Translations under genes and position numbers: made by a program
Assembly: GCF_018977255.1 (NCBI RefSeq)
Contig: NW_024704742.1
Location: 115,384,001 to 115,448,000 of the forward strand
Origin: Callorhinchus milii
Lineage: Eukaryota
DNA length: 64,000 bases
Reading direction: 5' to 3'
The notes under the pieces: model-generated
Databases searched by the model: none
What the model saw: the letters and a program-made list of their open reading frames with translations, nothing else
What the model was told of the DNA's origin: nothing
Shown here: positions 24,651 to 38,075 of the stretch, piece after piece
Layout: the number at the start of each line of letters is the position of its first letter
Position numbering within the stretch: the first letter of the stretch is position 1

Positions 24651-26899
24651 GTGTTGTTTGAGAAGAATTCTACCTCGCTGACTAGTTTTTTCTATTTGTT
24701 ACAGTACTAAAATAAAAATGCTGCTGTATATAATGTGTGTTTGTATATATGTAACATGTACAATACATGGGAATACAAATAGTGTAAACAGAAATGTTTT
24801 AATAATATGCCACATGTTCCCGAAATATATTCTATGTTTGTCATTAATATATTCCTGGCTTATTAAACCAAATTATTGTTTTTTGTATAATGTTTAATAT
24901 AATGAAAACATTTTTTAAGACACCTAATGGAAACTGTGGACAGCTTATTTTAACAATGATCTCTCAAGATGTCTCGTGCATCCGTGTTTTCTTTGGAGCT
25001 TCTCCAGTGAAAACAGTTAGTGGGTGGCTCATGAAATGCAACAAGTCCTGTAATTACAACTCAAATCGTTATTTGTCTGGTGCTGCAATGGGCTAATGTC
25101 ATTGTGTGACTAGGAAGGATTAACATATACCAAATAGTCAGATGGGCTGCTTTCCCTATAGCCTTCATGTAACAAGAGAAATGTCAGTTGATTTTTACCT
25201 TGGAATATGCACTGCAATCTAAAGATCATGTTTAGGACATTCTCCTCTCATTACTGACTACCACAGCAAACAGGTATAATTTTCATTGTTTGCACCTTAT
25301 TTTGTTGTGTGCATTTCATTTTAAGAGCATTAAGCTGGTTATTAAACAAGGCTTCCCGTATTGCAAAAGTGCTGAGAGATTGTAGCCATGTTTACCACAA
25401 TCTCACTTTTTCCTTAATAGAGAACCCATTTGAAAGGTTGTAGTCATGTTTACCACTAGAAGGAGGCAAGGATTTTTAGAGGATTGATTTTTTTGGAAAG
25501 GAATGAAAAAAGATTTAGGCAGCGAAAAGGTTCATTAGGCCCAACAAATCCATTACATTTAGATTTCTCAGCTGTGCTTTTCAAACCATTTACTTCTGTT
25601 TCAAGAACTGTTTGTAACCCTTTGAGTAAAATGGATTTTATCTTGTATCTGTCTCCCATTTCCTAACAGCTTCACTTTGATTTTGGGTTCTCTATTAAGG
25701 GAAAAGTGAGGTTGTGGTAAACATGGCTACAATCTCTCAAACTCCTCTCAGGAGATGTAATTGAGCAAAGGTTTTCCCTGCAGTAGGAGGAATGGAATTT
25801 ACCAAGTTCAGCCAAAATGTCTCTTAAAGCAATGGTGCTCAGTGGTGTATGGGCCCTTTTTCCTTTATCTCTATCCCTCAAGATTACTTGATTATCCATG
25901 TGTTTCTGGGCCACTTAGGTCTCTCCACTGTGGGATTTTGAGTTGGGATTGAGTGCAGATCCCTCTCCATTTCTGCACTTTAGCAAAGAAAACAAATGCT
26001 ATGAAGAGGCCGGACTATCTGACCTTCTATAAACAACAACTTCCATTTATATAGCGCCCTTCACGCAGGTTAGTGTCCTGGAGGGCTTCAGTGATGGAGT
26101 CTGACACTGAGCCAGGGAAAGAGGGAGTGGGGAGGTGACCGTGAGCACAATCAAAAAGGAAGGCCTTTAGATGAAATTTTACGGTGGGGATCGAGGGGGC
26201 ATAACGGAGGAATTGAGGGAGGTGTGGCCCTGGGAGTGAACAATAGCGGGACCATTCTGAGAGGAGTTTACTTGTCCGGCCTCTTAACTGGTGAATGACT
26301 AATTAAAATAAAGAGTTGGGAGTGTCAAATAAAGACTGTGATGCTTGGAAAAATATAAATACTAGTTGAAGGAGTAATAGATATTTTGATTTTGATTATT
26401 AACACATGAAAAACCATTTATAGCCAGCAAAATGCACCAAATTGAACAGTCGTTGTGTGCCAAATTTTAATGATCTGTGCGGGCAGCAACTTTAACCTGT
26501 TGGAAGAAACAAAGGGAGGAAGATTTCGGGACCGTTCAACAGCAGGATCAAGAGTCTGGCTCTGCTTTAACTCTAGCAAGATCAAGTAAGTGCTAATCCA
26601 GGCCTTATCAAGTGGCAACTGAACAACAGGCTTCACTCCATCAAACAATGCCTGTTACGTAGTTGTACTATATTTGTTCTTAAGTGCACTCTGGTATCAT
26701 TTTCAGTTTTATTTAGGGGGAAAAAAACATGTTCAACTACAATGAACTGTACTGCTTATAGGATTTGTTTGTGTGGGATTATTGTCAATCATTAATTTAT
26801 CTGATCGCTAATACCTCAATTCAAAGAAGTTAGCCGCAGTATGAATATAATTATAGCATAGAACCTCAGCAGAATGTTTGGGGGTGGCAGTAAATTGGG

Positions 26900-27180
26900 A
26901 AGTTGCAAGCTTGAGACTTGGGTTCAATTCCCGGCAGGGCGAAACCTTGGGCAAGTTTCCTTACTCCACACGCCTAATAGTAATCCCTCAATAAAAAAAA
27001 CGAATAAGAATTTGGTCATTTCAGTCTTCAATCCACGACTGTTTGTGGGACATTGCTGTGCGCAATTGGCTGCCGCGTTTCACCCACAAATATACAGTCA
27101 ATTCGTTTTGCAGTATATTCTGTGAAACGCTTTGAGACGTCTAGAAGACATGAAAGGCGCTTTATCAAATGCTATTGTTA
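26900..27180 (+). mobile_element. SINE short form, head partly truncated
   Basis: GGGTTCAATTCCCGGCAGGGCGAAACCTTGGGCAAGTTTCC... body and tail. Confidence 0.85.
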
Positions 27181-30158
27181 TTGCTTTATAACCTTCTGAT
27201 TTACTGAATGCCCTTTTAAGCTCGTCTTTCAGATCATTTCTGTGCCTTTCCTGAAGACTTCACTTTTCGGAAGTGAAAATAAGGAAATGTGCAAAATCTG
27301 GTAACTTTTTGTAATTTTAAGAGTTCAAATTACAAACAAAAAGCCCTTTAGATATAGCCACTTCAAGTTTGAAAGGGTTAAGATCATTGAGGGCAAAATT
27401 GTCTCTTTAGAGAGATGATGTGGGATGGTTGTTAACATAATTTATTGCCTGTGGTCCCATCCTTCCTCATATCACTGATCTCATGAGATAACTGAAGGCA
27501 ATTCAGCTATGGCTGGACAATGTCTGAGCTGTCAGTTATGTTAGTCTCATCACATTATCCTTCAGGCGAGGTGTTCAGCAGTGAATTCTTTAGTATCTGC
27601 ATTTTTTTAATGATCCATTGAAAAATGTATAACTTTGATGAATTAATCAAAGTTAATTATGCAGCAAAAGTAATTCTTTGTGTCAATGTAACATAAGATG
27701 TGCAGTTCTGTAAACTTGGTGGCTTTATTTGGTGGCTAACTTTTCAGTCACAATGCCTTTGTCTTTTGGAACGCTTCCCAAAATACTTTTGCTTTACATC
27801 TTGCCTATCTGCCTTCAAAGCCCTCTTTTCACTGTGTTTTCAATCAACATCTGATTATTCTCCTCCCCCTCCACCCTAGCTGCAGAGCAGCCCAAGTATT
27901 TAGTTATGGTCTGGGTGTTATTTTCAATGATATGTTAATTAACAGTTCACATGTTGCAAATTTTCACCCCAACTTCTTCATCCAATAATCACTGCTGATG
28001 ACCTCTGACTTTGGCCTTCAATAAATGTTCTGCTTTACGATATCACATTTCATATCCTCCTGACGTGAAAGGCATTGAACAAATGTAATTTGTTAATTTT
28101 GTATAGTGTGTTTAAATACATGTTGGAACTCTGAACCCACTACCTATTGCCAAACTAGTGACAATTTACTCCCTTTCCCTCACATTGAGGTTTCAGAAGA
28201 GACAGAGGTTTGTCTGATTGCTAATTACTTTGTATCAATCAGTAATTGTTTTAAAGCTTTGTGTTAAAATATATGAATGGTATCATTGTGCATTGTTTCC
28301 AAAGTACTCAAACCATATTGCTTCTTACATTCTGACAGCTAATGGGTTACTTATTAAAACCCAGTGTTCAAAAGTGCAAATCCTAACTCAGTATTGTAAC
28401 AGAATGTTGGGCTCCCTTGTTTTCAGGTGAACCTGTGGCTTTCAGATCAATTTGGCTGTAATTCAACCTGCGACGGTCATTCAGTTATGATTGGGGAGAG
28501 GATTGAGGGTGGGGTTGGGGGGGTGGGGGGCAGGAACTATTGATACAACTTTAAAAATGTACTTTTGTTTAACATCTTTTCCCTCTCCCCATCAGTATTT
28601 TTTTTTCCCATTGGCTTCTGAAGGCACCGCGTCTGACTTTCATAAAGTGACCATACTTGAAGTGTGAATCCAAATAATTAGTATCATCAGGTTAGTCAGT
28701 AGTTGTGCACAGCACAGCCTGATTCTCGCTCAACATCCATTTGTGCTTACATTCCTAGAAGGGGTTGGTCCACTGGATGGTGAGTAGCAGCAGCTATCTT
28801 GCCTGATTGCCCCCCCACCTTCATAACCAACTGAGATCATCGGTCTAAGGTTCAAGTATGAGATTTTCCACATCTGTGGCTATTACTGGCAATTACTTTA
28901 CCAGCAAACCTCAGTAGTTATCTTATTTCAATAGTTCTTTTTTAAATCAGAGGTGGCTTAGTTTGTCAATATTTGTCTGTTTGATCTCTGTATAGTTCTG
29001 AATCAATGAAACTTTGGCGGTTCTTGATGACAGCAGTAAAGGTTTCCTATAGCTTCTAAAAGTGACCTCGGATAATATTTACAGATGAAATTTGATCTGT
29101 CATTGGAACCGGCATTAGCTGGTCACTAATGCAGAGATGGTCTGTCCAGCCATGTGACCATTAAGATGCATTTGGCTGAACAGTACTTAACTGCTTCAAT
29201 CATGTCATACAGTGGCGAAAGAGCTTCAAAGCACAGGAATGAAGAATGTTTTTTTTATGTCAAATTTTCTTGTGGATCTTTTGAAATCTGTTGCTTCAGG
29301 ATTCCGTTTTGTGATTTCAGTTTCAGTGCTAAAGCATCATTAATTGGTACAAGGTTACATTATCCTCATAGAGTTTCATTAACATCCATAAAGCTGAATG
29401 AGGTTGTATAGTTGTAAGGATTGCACCTTTTTTCATAAAATGTAATTATTTGTACGAACCATTTTTTTTGTACAGGGCAAAGTCAGGAAATGTGTCTGTA
29501 TTGTATAATACAATATATGGATTTTTTTTACTGCAAACACTTTCATTCCTAATGCACATCATGCATAATTGCCATTTGTGTTTAAAAGCATGATTGTAGC
29601 AAACTACAGTAATTGTCACCAATTCATTTTAACAGACAAATGAAATGTAATCAAAAATGCTACAGATTTTTTGCTTTGCTTCAGCACAGTTGCAATTAAA
29701 TAATTTTTAAAGGAGAACGGAAGTCTTAGAGGACTAATACTATTGGTTCCACTGCTCCCCCTAGATTTTTTCCCCTCTAAAATCCTCCCGCAGCCTTTAC
29801 TTTTACAGACAAGTAATTTATGTAGAATACAAAATTACATTTGTATAGCACCTTTCACATCGGTATAATTCTTTATATTTTTGTTATGATGCGAGTGTGA
29901 CTATATATATATATAGTTGGCTGCTGTTGATGCCAAAAATATTACAGTGAGAACATTGTTTGCCTTGGCTCAGATTGTTTTATATATACACCGCTACCAG
30001 TACAGTAATGAGTCATCAGTTAAATCACTCTTACTGCAGTATCAATGGTACAAGCCGACACATTTTGTATGTGTGTTGCAGTTGGAGTCCAGCAGCAGTT
30101 CTGTGAAAGAGGCACAAGTGGGGTAAAGTACTGCATCTCCCTCCCCCTGCCCCACCCC

Positions 30159-30159
<1 letters not shown>

Positions 30160-30194
<35 letters not shown>
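30160..30194. repeat. (CA)n microsatellite
   Basis: About 17 CA units. Confidence 0.95.
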
Positions 30195-30196
<2 letters not shown>

Positions 30197-31619
30197 CATA
30201 AAAATCCCACAAAGGTTTGCAGTTCTGTTCAGGTGAGACAAAGGTGATTTGAAACGTGTCAAACGTGTGGAATTACAGATCTAAAGTTGCCAGGAAACTC
30301 AAGAAAGTGAAGATTCATACTCACGAGGAGAAAGTAAAATGGCAAAACAATTTTTAAAAAGTTCGCAAATTCAAAGAACAAAAGATGTTTGGTTTGAGGT
30401 ATTACTCAATACTTATTGAGGTATTGAAGTATAACCAAAATATCTTTTTAAGAATTGTGTTATTTTTCTAACACTTAGCTTTTCACAGCCATGAACCTGT
30501 AACCCTTTGCCATATTATTGCACTTGGCTTACTTCCTCTATACAGTTTATCAAGGTTTGTAAGGCATCCTCTGAGACTCCTTTTTTTTCCCCAAAGCTGA
30601 AGAAGCTTTAAATCAAGTCATTCTTCATAGCTCATCCCTCAAAGTCTTGGCAAATTTGGTTGCATTGCTTTATTTATTTCTAAAAACTGATGTTAATAAA
30701 GCATCTGGTACTGAAGCTCCTTTCCGGAGCACAGTGCAAATTACGTTTTAAACTGTTCTCTCCTCAAGATATTAAATCCTGCTGTGGTATGATTTCATGG
30801 GTACCCTCGCTGGCCCTCTAGTACCTCACCCAAGTGGTCATTCTTCAAATGTATTCAGGTACAATACCCCCAACCACAGGGACTCTCCTACCACTTCATC
30901 TCGTCCTCTCTCTTTCTGTCTAATTCATATCTTAAAAACCTACCTCTTTGATCATTTACCTTTTTTTCCCCCCTCCCCTTTCTTGCTCATCATTCGACCA
31001 TATCATCTGTGAAGCACTCCAAGACCTTATTCTACATAAAGTGCTCTATATAAATGTATAGTGTATTGTTAGTTGTTGAGGGGTGGCAGGCCAGTCAATC
31101 ATGTGCTACGGCAGCCAAGCTTGATCTTGTCTTCAACATCCACACTTTCCACTCGGGGTCATTTCATAATGATGGGAAAGAGGGAACCTTGACTGATGTT
31201 CTGTTCCTAGCTCAGGGCCTTTGAGGCTAATTGTGGAACTCTCCAGCGCTGCTGAGATGGAGATAAGTTGACAGCAGAGACCTGGTCCTTTCCCTGTCTG
31301 TGCAGCCAACTGAATTTCCAATTAAGTTTGAAATGACACATCTGGCTCAATCGCGTAGTGAGCACTGCTGTATACATGAAGTGGAATTAACATCTCCAAA
31401 AGGAACGATGTGCTGGAATCATTCACACAGCCCCCAGAGCATTTATGCTCTGATTGTTGAGGCAACAGTCATGTGCATTGATGTGGTTGGTCCCTGCAAG
31501 AGAGCCTGTTGCCACTCTTCCTGGACCAGCACGGATTGCACAAGATGGATACATGACCAGAAAGCAGAGAAATTGAATATAACAGCAGCTGACATTGATA
31601 TAGTGCCCTTCAGGTAGAT

Positions 31620-31821
31620 CAGGGTGGTCCAACGTTTTGGCTGCTGATGGCTGAATGCCCTATTTGAGAAACGTCCGTGGGCTGCTTAAGCAATATTTTT
31701 GTGTTTCCCTTCCAGAAACATAACGTAGCATTTGCAGGTTATGGAGGGAGTGGGTGGGCCAAATGAAATGGGGTGGGGGGGAGATGAAATCATCCCGTGG
31801 GCTTCCAGTTGGACCAACTTA
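31620..31821. mobile_element. Degenerate hAT-type MITE related to 42513-43030
   Basis: Left TIR CAGGGTGGTCCAAC, right GTTGGACCAACTTA; TSD not recognisable. Confidence 0.6.
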
Positions 31822-32446
31822 CAGTAAGGTAACATCTGAGCACTATACAGGGATTAGGGTGGAGGCCGAGCAAAGGGGTGATGGTGTTAGACATTTTCAA
31901 AGAGGTAAGATTTGAAATAGAGCTTAAAGTTAAAGGGGTGAAGGTGAATTCCTCATACTGTATTTAGCTTGTCATAAGCGGATTGACTAGATTTTTAAAT
32001 AGTAAACTCGCTCTCCAAGTCCTTGCATTTATTAGTCTGACCTTACAGTAACAAGTTGCAGACCAATAACCCTGCGTAATGCTTTTTGCAATATCGCTGA
32101 GCTTTTCTATAATGAGTATACGTGCAGTGATTTAGGCAAAGGTCGTTGGTATAGACCGGCCCAAGGGAATAAATGCACTGTTACAAATATAATACAATAT
32201 AGATTTTTCCATGTAAATACCGGTCAATGTAATTTCATGTAAAGATAACCTTCCTTTATTTCAGGGTGGTTGAAGAGATTGTATAGTATTATCTGAATGT
32301 CATCAGATACTGGAGTACTTACATTAGACAGGACACTAGTTACAGTTCCATGTCGCTTTGACTACAAATACAGTTAGTATACTTTACAGTAAATCTTATG
32401 AAGAGCTTTGAAATGTCTCTGGTGTTATATCAAATGCAAAGATTAT

Positions 32447-32759
32447 TATAATAATAATAATCCTTGCATTTGATATAGCACTTTTCACGTCGGGAGGACG
32501 TCCCAAAGCGCTTCACAGAACACACTGTAAAGTGAATTGACTGTATATTTGTGGGCGAACGCGGCAGCCAATTGTGCACAGCAATGTCCCACAAACAGTC
32601 GTAGATTGAAAATGACCAATTTATTATTGTTTTTTTTGGAGGGATTATTATTAGGCGTGTGGAGTAAGGAAACTTGCCCAATGTCTCGCTCTGCCTGGAA
32701 TTGAACTCAGGTCTCTCGCTTGCAAAGCGAGTACTCTAACCACTGAGCTACAGGACTCC
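32447..32759 (-). mobile_element. Full-length young SINE, short form
   Basis: Complete tRNA-like head to (ATT)n tail. Confidence 0.92.
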
Positions 32760-35624
32760 AAATTATGTGAGTGCTTTTGCTGCAATAAGATTTTCAATAA
32801 GAACCAAGCTGCTCCTAAAGTAAATATATATTTAAAAAAACAATACTAATGTCTTTCATAGTCTGGTTTCTTTGCCAAATAGCTCTCATTCCCTTGAGTT
32901 TGCCGACACAAGCTTCACTGCTTTCCTGGGTGGTCTATTCCGTATATTTTCCTCTCTCTGGGTAAGGTAACTATTACCAAATAGTGAAGGAAAAATCTGT
33001 TACATTATGCGTGACACACATGGGAATACCTGCATATTTTTTCATGCAAAAGTGCTACAGTTTGAGTGATACTAGACTACATTGCTTATTGGGGGCCAGT
33101 ATTGAAGCAATAAGTAATGAGCCATGTTAATGATTAATGGCCCATTGATCCCTTCTAAGATTGATGGAATCAATTTGAAACAGCCAAAGGAAGAGGTTGT
33201 TTCTTAATAGAAAGCGTAAAGAGCTGTGTCTGCTACTCAGTGAACTTACCAACTTTGATGGAGTGATTTTCTACTGAAGAAAATCTCTGTATAAATTGGA
33301 CACAAGCTCAGTTTACTCACAATCAGAGAATGATCCCAAAACTTGTTTCAGAGTGAAATACTTTTCAGTGTCTAAACTCTTTATAGTAGAGCATCTTTAC
33401 ACTCACAATTTGCTCTCAATTTACACTGTTAAATAAAGAATATGCACAAATGATTTGTTGTCTTTATCTTTATAATAATAATCTTTCGTTTTGATGTAGC
33501 GCCTTATCACATCTTCAAGATGTCTCAAAGCACTTCACAGAATAGATTTTGTGGGCGAAACACAACAACAAGAAGATTACATTTGTATAGTGCCTTTCAC
33601 ATCGGGAGGACTTCCCAAGGCGCTGGACAGTGTACAGCATTTCAGAAACATGGCAGCCAATTGCGCATAGCAGTCTCCCACACAAAAAACAATTATGATA
33701 AGAAAGAGCTAAGGAAACTATTATCTACTGCCTTGATGATCACTGAAATTCACTATTATAGATCAATGCAATCCATTGTAAAATTAGTTAGTTTCTATAA
33801 TACCTTCTATGCAAATGATGTCCACTGCTGATTTGACCTCAAATTGATTCCCACATCTGTGTGAAATCCTTTGGGATTATGGAAATCTATCTATTGGAAG
33901 GTCATCAAATGGATTAAAGAGATTAGCTTTCTGAGCAAATGTTGAAGAGCATCGGTTGAGAATTTCCCTTTTAAGTGGAAATGGGTTATTGGGGGATTAA
34001 GACTATGCCACACATAGAGTTTTCTCTGTACTTGCACATTACAGAAATAAACATTCATCTGCAAAAGGTGGTCGTCCTGTGTCCTTGCATTGTGGGGAAG
34101 AACAGATGCTGTAAAGCTCATGTGATTTCAAGATTGAGGGTAATTAAGTCTGTGAGCCCTTTAGATATGCATGAAACACTATTTAAAATCAAGATTTATA
34201 CAGTATATTAATTTTTTGGAATAAAAATAACACCGATGGTAGGTACTTTATTTTTAAACGACCAGCCATATTATTAAATACTGTACCTGGCCTGGTGGTT
34301 TAGGAGGAACGGGTTGTAAACTGTAGCAGTTCATTCAAAGCTGATGTTCAGGAAACTAGGAAGGTCTAGATACTTGCGATGGTTCCTCTAAAAATCTCTA
34401 GTTTATCCATCCTCGGATTTCAAGCATGTCCTGATTACCGATTAATAATTCTCTTTACTGTAGGGGATGTCAGTTAGCATTGAGCCGCATGAGGAATTTT
34501 CCGGTCTTAGCGTTAGCTCGTGGTCACTGGTGTAAGCGCCAGATGGTAGAAAGCAGGGGCTGAAGTTGCAGACCTGCGCTGTGCTTAAAGCACTGTGCTG
34601 TCTCCTGTATAAATCATTCAGGGATGATGAGTCATTTGTGAGATGTTATGAACCGATATAAGAAGTTCTCTTTCGTTATTGCCCTCACTGATTCCCTGTG
34701 GTGAAATGGTTCTTCTTGGAATAGTTTTGCTGTGGATGCTAAATGACTGTAGATGATTCACTGGGGCCTCATGAGTCATTGCAGTGAACAATCACACTGT
34801 GACTAGGCACCAGCCATGTGTTGCAGGGTTAAACAGGATAGAAGGGGAGGGAACATCTTGGGATATTGCGGACAGGCTACTGATCGCATCAGTGAGATGA
34901 AATGAGGGCTTATCTTATTTGGAAGCATTGCATATTGTTTTTCTTTTTTAATCCTAGATTTAATCCACTCTTCCATTTCCAATATTTCTCCAGAACAGCT
35001 CAGTCATGTATTCTGATTTGTTCCTGCAATGTTGCATGTAAATTGGTCATTCGACTCCATAGCTGTTTGTAGGACTCTGCTGTGCACAAATTCGCTGATG
35101 CGTTCACCCATAAAGTATACACAACCATATCACTGTCCAGTGCATCCTGTGAAGCGCTTTTAGATTTCTTGATGATGTGGTAAGGTGATGTATCAAGTGC
35201 AAGGATTATTATTATACAATAGAGGAAAATCTATGGGGGAATAGTTTGCTCTTCTCTCCCAAGAGCAGTGACTGGTGCTGCAGTTGTACAGTGAGCTTGC
35301 TGCAACAGCTCTCATCTTCCATTCCATTGACTTTCAACACTGTATTGCTTCTCGAATTAACGTTCAATACTGACGTGCGGTTACATTCAGGACTAAGCAC
35401 AGAATTTTTTATAATGAGGTTACAATTGTGCAACCAAATGGACGCTGGCGAATCTCCTCTGGCGTCCAGACAGCAGTGTGAATGGGATCTGTTAGGATTA
35501 ATCTGACAGCGAATTAATGTGGTTAGCTGGGTTTTGCAAGCCAGTGAAAGGGCAAAAACTGAACTTAGTGTGAAATGTTATTCACAAGGAATGAGGTGTG
35601 TGGAAAGAAGATAAAGCAAAAACC

Positions 35625-36181
35625 TGAGTAAAGTTTGCAGTATTCCCAAATGTGTATGCTTTCTTATTTAAGGAACACTTTAAGGAACACCACCAGGTGG
35701 AGTCTTTCTCGAAGTAAGGGATTTGCAAGACTCAGGATCATTTTGTTTAAGCCTGAGATGAGAAATATTGTTTTGTAAAGTTTAAGGTCTAAAACTGAGC
35801 TCTAGATTTTTTTTTAATTGTGCTTTCCTGGGATTTATGCCTGAATCCGTGCTCCTAGACCAAAAAAACTTATTCGGTTAAGCCAAAGCCTGCGGCTGAT
35901 CATTGAACATTAATGTTTTGGCCAAGGAGAAGATGGATTTGGTGCCCTTGGAGGCAGATAAATCACGAGAAAGAAAAATTCAACACACAAATCTAACCCT
36001 CTAAACTCCAAAATTTACAAAGTAAGATTGCTCGCATTTCGTTAAAAGAACATATGGTCATGCTACAACTCTGAGTGGAGCAAGCCACTTACCTTTACCG
36101 TGGCTCCATCTGCTGGTGTTCCTTAAAGCAGCCCTTCAGGTAGAAACAAAACATATTTAGGGATACTGTAAATTTTACTCA
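35625..36181. mobile_element. Old MITE-like element with ~78-bp imperfect terminal inverted repeats
   Basis: TGAGTAAAGTTTGCAGTATTCCCAAAT...CTTTAAGGAACACCACCAGGTGGAG versus the reverse complement of 36104-36181. Related fragments at ~1442-1690 and ~2900-2955. Confidence 0.6.
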
Positions 36182-36351
36182 ATTGTAAATCAGGTGTGAA
36201 GCCATTAAAGGGTTAACTTGGTCATTAGAGGTGTTCATATATTACCTTGAAACTGACAGATCTGCCCACACCGAGACAGTGGTTTGGCGTTTCCAAGCTT
36301 AGACTGAGGGAGGAAACACAGTTAATTTCTCGAGAAAGATTCACATTCTGT

Positions 36352-36790
36352 TCACAACAATAACAATAACAAATTGGATTTATATAGTGGGAGGATATCT
36401 CAAGCCACTGGAAAATCGAGGGTTTGCACCTGAGCTGAGGTCAGATTCGGGAGGAGTGGAGGCTAAAGGGATTTGGGGAAAAATGACCAAAGTTGAGGTC
36501 AAAGAGGAAGGTCTTTTAATCAACTTTGAAGGAGTCAAAGGAAATGGTGAGACAAAGGGGCTCCAGATGGAGTTCCAGAGAATATTGGACTGCCGAGTGG
36601 AGAGACGACACTGGTTGGTAGGGTTTGAGGTGTTCACAGAAGTAGTGTGGGACAATACCGTGGAGGGATTGAAAAGTGAGAATCGTGAACTCATCCTCTG
36701 GGGGATGGGGAACCAGCGGAGCCTAGTGCAATAGATGCCATGAGCTTCAGAGTTCTGGTTGTTCTGCAGCTTGTGGAGGGAAGACAAAAT
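36352..36790 (-). mobile_element. Degenerate L2 LINE 3' fragment
   Basis: KLQNNQNS...TRLRWFPIPQR...LWNSI motifs; (GTT)n-like tail. Confidence 0.7.
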
Positions 36791-37409
36791 CTGTGAAGGA
36801 GTCAAAACATTGCACTGTAATACACTGGAGTGTCTGCATTCAAATAACAGTGAAAGACTATATATTCTGGGGTCAGAATCCTCCAGTGGGTATATTTTGT
36901 GAGGGGTGAGATCACAATAGATTTACATTTCCAACTTCAGTAAATTTACGAGACAAACTCACCATTGCACTCAATCAATTTTACCAGCTACCAAAGAATC
37001 ATCTCCTTAGTAGGCAACTTGGATTTGTTTTGAGTGAAACATTGAAATGGTTGAGTTGAGTTGTTAATCTTTTATTGATGGGGCTTAAATTATGAAGTGA
37101 TTCACAGTGATTCATGCATCTTAGTACTCAGAGCAATGCTTATTCCAGTCTAGCTTGAGCTATTATTTTACTTATGACATTTGAGAAATTTGAGCATGCC
37201 TGAAAGACAGCCCTCATTCAGTCCTGACTACTGTGTCACTATTCCTGCAGGAAGGTTTATGTGTTGTTATAAGCTCACACTGCCAAGGTTGGTACATTTG
37301 TTGACCAGGGAAGAATCAATGGTGTATGCCTACGGAAGTCTGTAAATTTACTGATGCTAGGATATTCACTGCAGAAGTCTCAACAGACAAACATGTCATT
37401 TGTTTTATT

Positions 37410-38075
37410 GAGTGTCAGCTGGTAGCACTCTTTCCTCTGAGTCTGAAGGCCGTGGATTCAAGCCCCTCATTGAAATTGGAGCGCACGATTTTGGCTGAAA
37501 CTCAAGTGCTGTACTGGGCAAGTGTTGCTTTGGAGGAGGTGCCGTCCTCTAACTCTATGGTAAAGTGAGGTTCCGTTCAAATGGATGTTAAAGATACCGC
37601 AAAATGTTTTGATCACATAAAGTTGTTAGGGTATGGAATGCCCTGTCAGAAGCGGTGGTTGAGACAGAATCTGTATTAGTTTCCAAAAGGGAACTAGATA
37701 ATTTTCTAAAAAGGTGCAAACTACAGCGGTCTAGGGGAAAAGGTAGGTAAATGGAACAGAAAGGATTGCTCTTCAAAAGAGCCAGCACAGACACAAAGAG
37801 CTAAATGGCCTTCTGTGCTGTAATACCTATGCTTCCATTATTGGAAAAGAGAAGTTAGTTTCTCACAGTATCCTGGCCAGCGATCAGCCAGATAAATTGG
37901 CTATTCACCTACCTCATGGCTATTTGTGGGTCCTTGCTGTGCTCATAATGGCCGTTTGCTTTCGGAGTCATTGCATCTGATAGTAATCCAAGGCCTTTTT
38001 TAGCGTGACAAAATGTTTCAAATGCTTCAAGACATTTTGACGTGAAAATATAAAAATTGCTATAAAAATGCAATT
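37410..38075 (+). mobile_element. Old DeuSINE interrupted by a CR1 3' fragment (~37600-37835)
   Basis: Head and core up to GGATGTTAAAGATACC, then CR1 (GTTGTTAGGGTATGGAATGCCCTG...AAATGGCC), then the Deu remainder. Confidence 0.65.
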
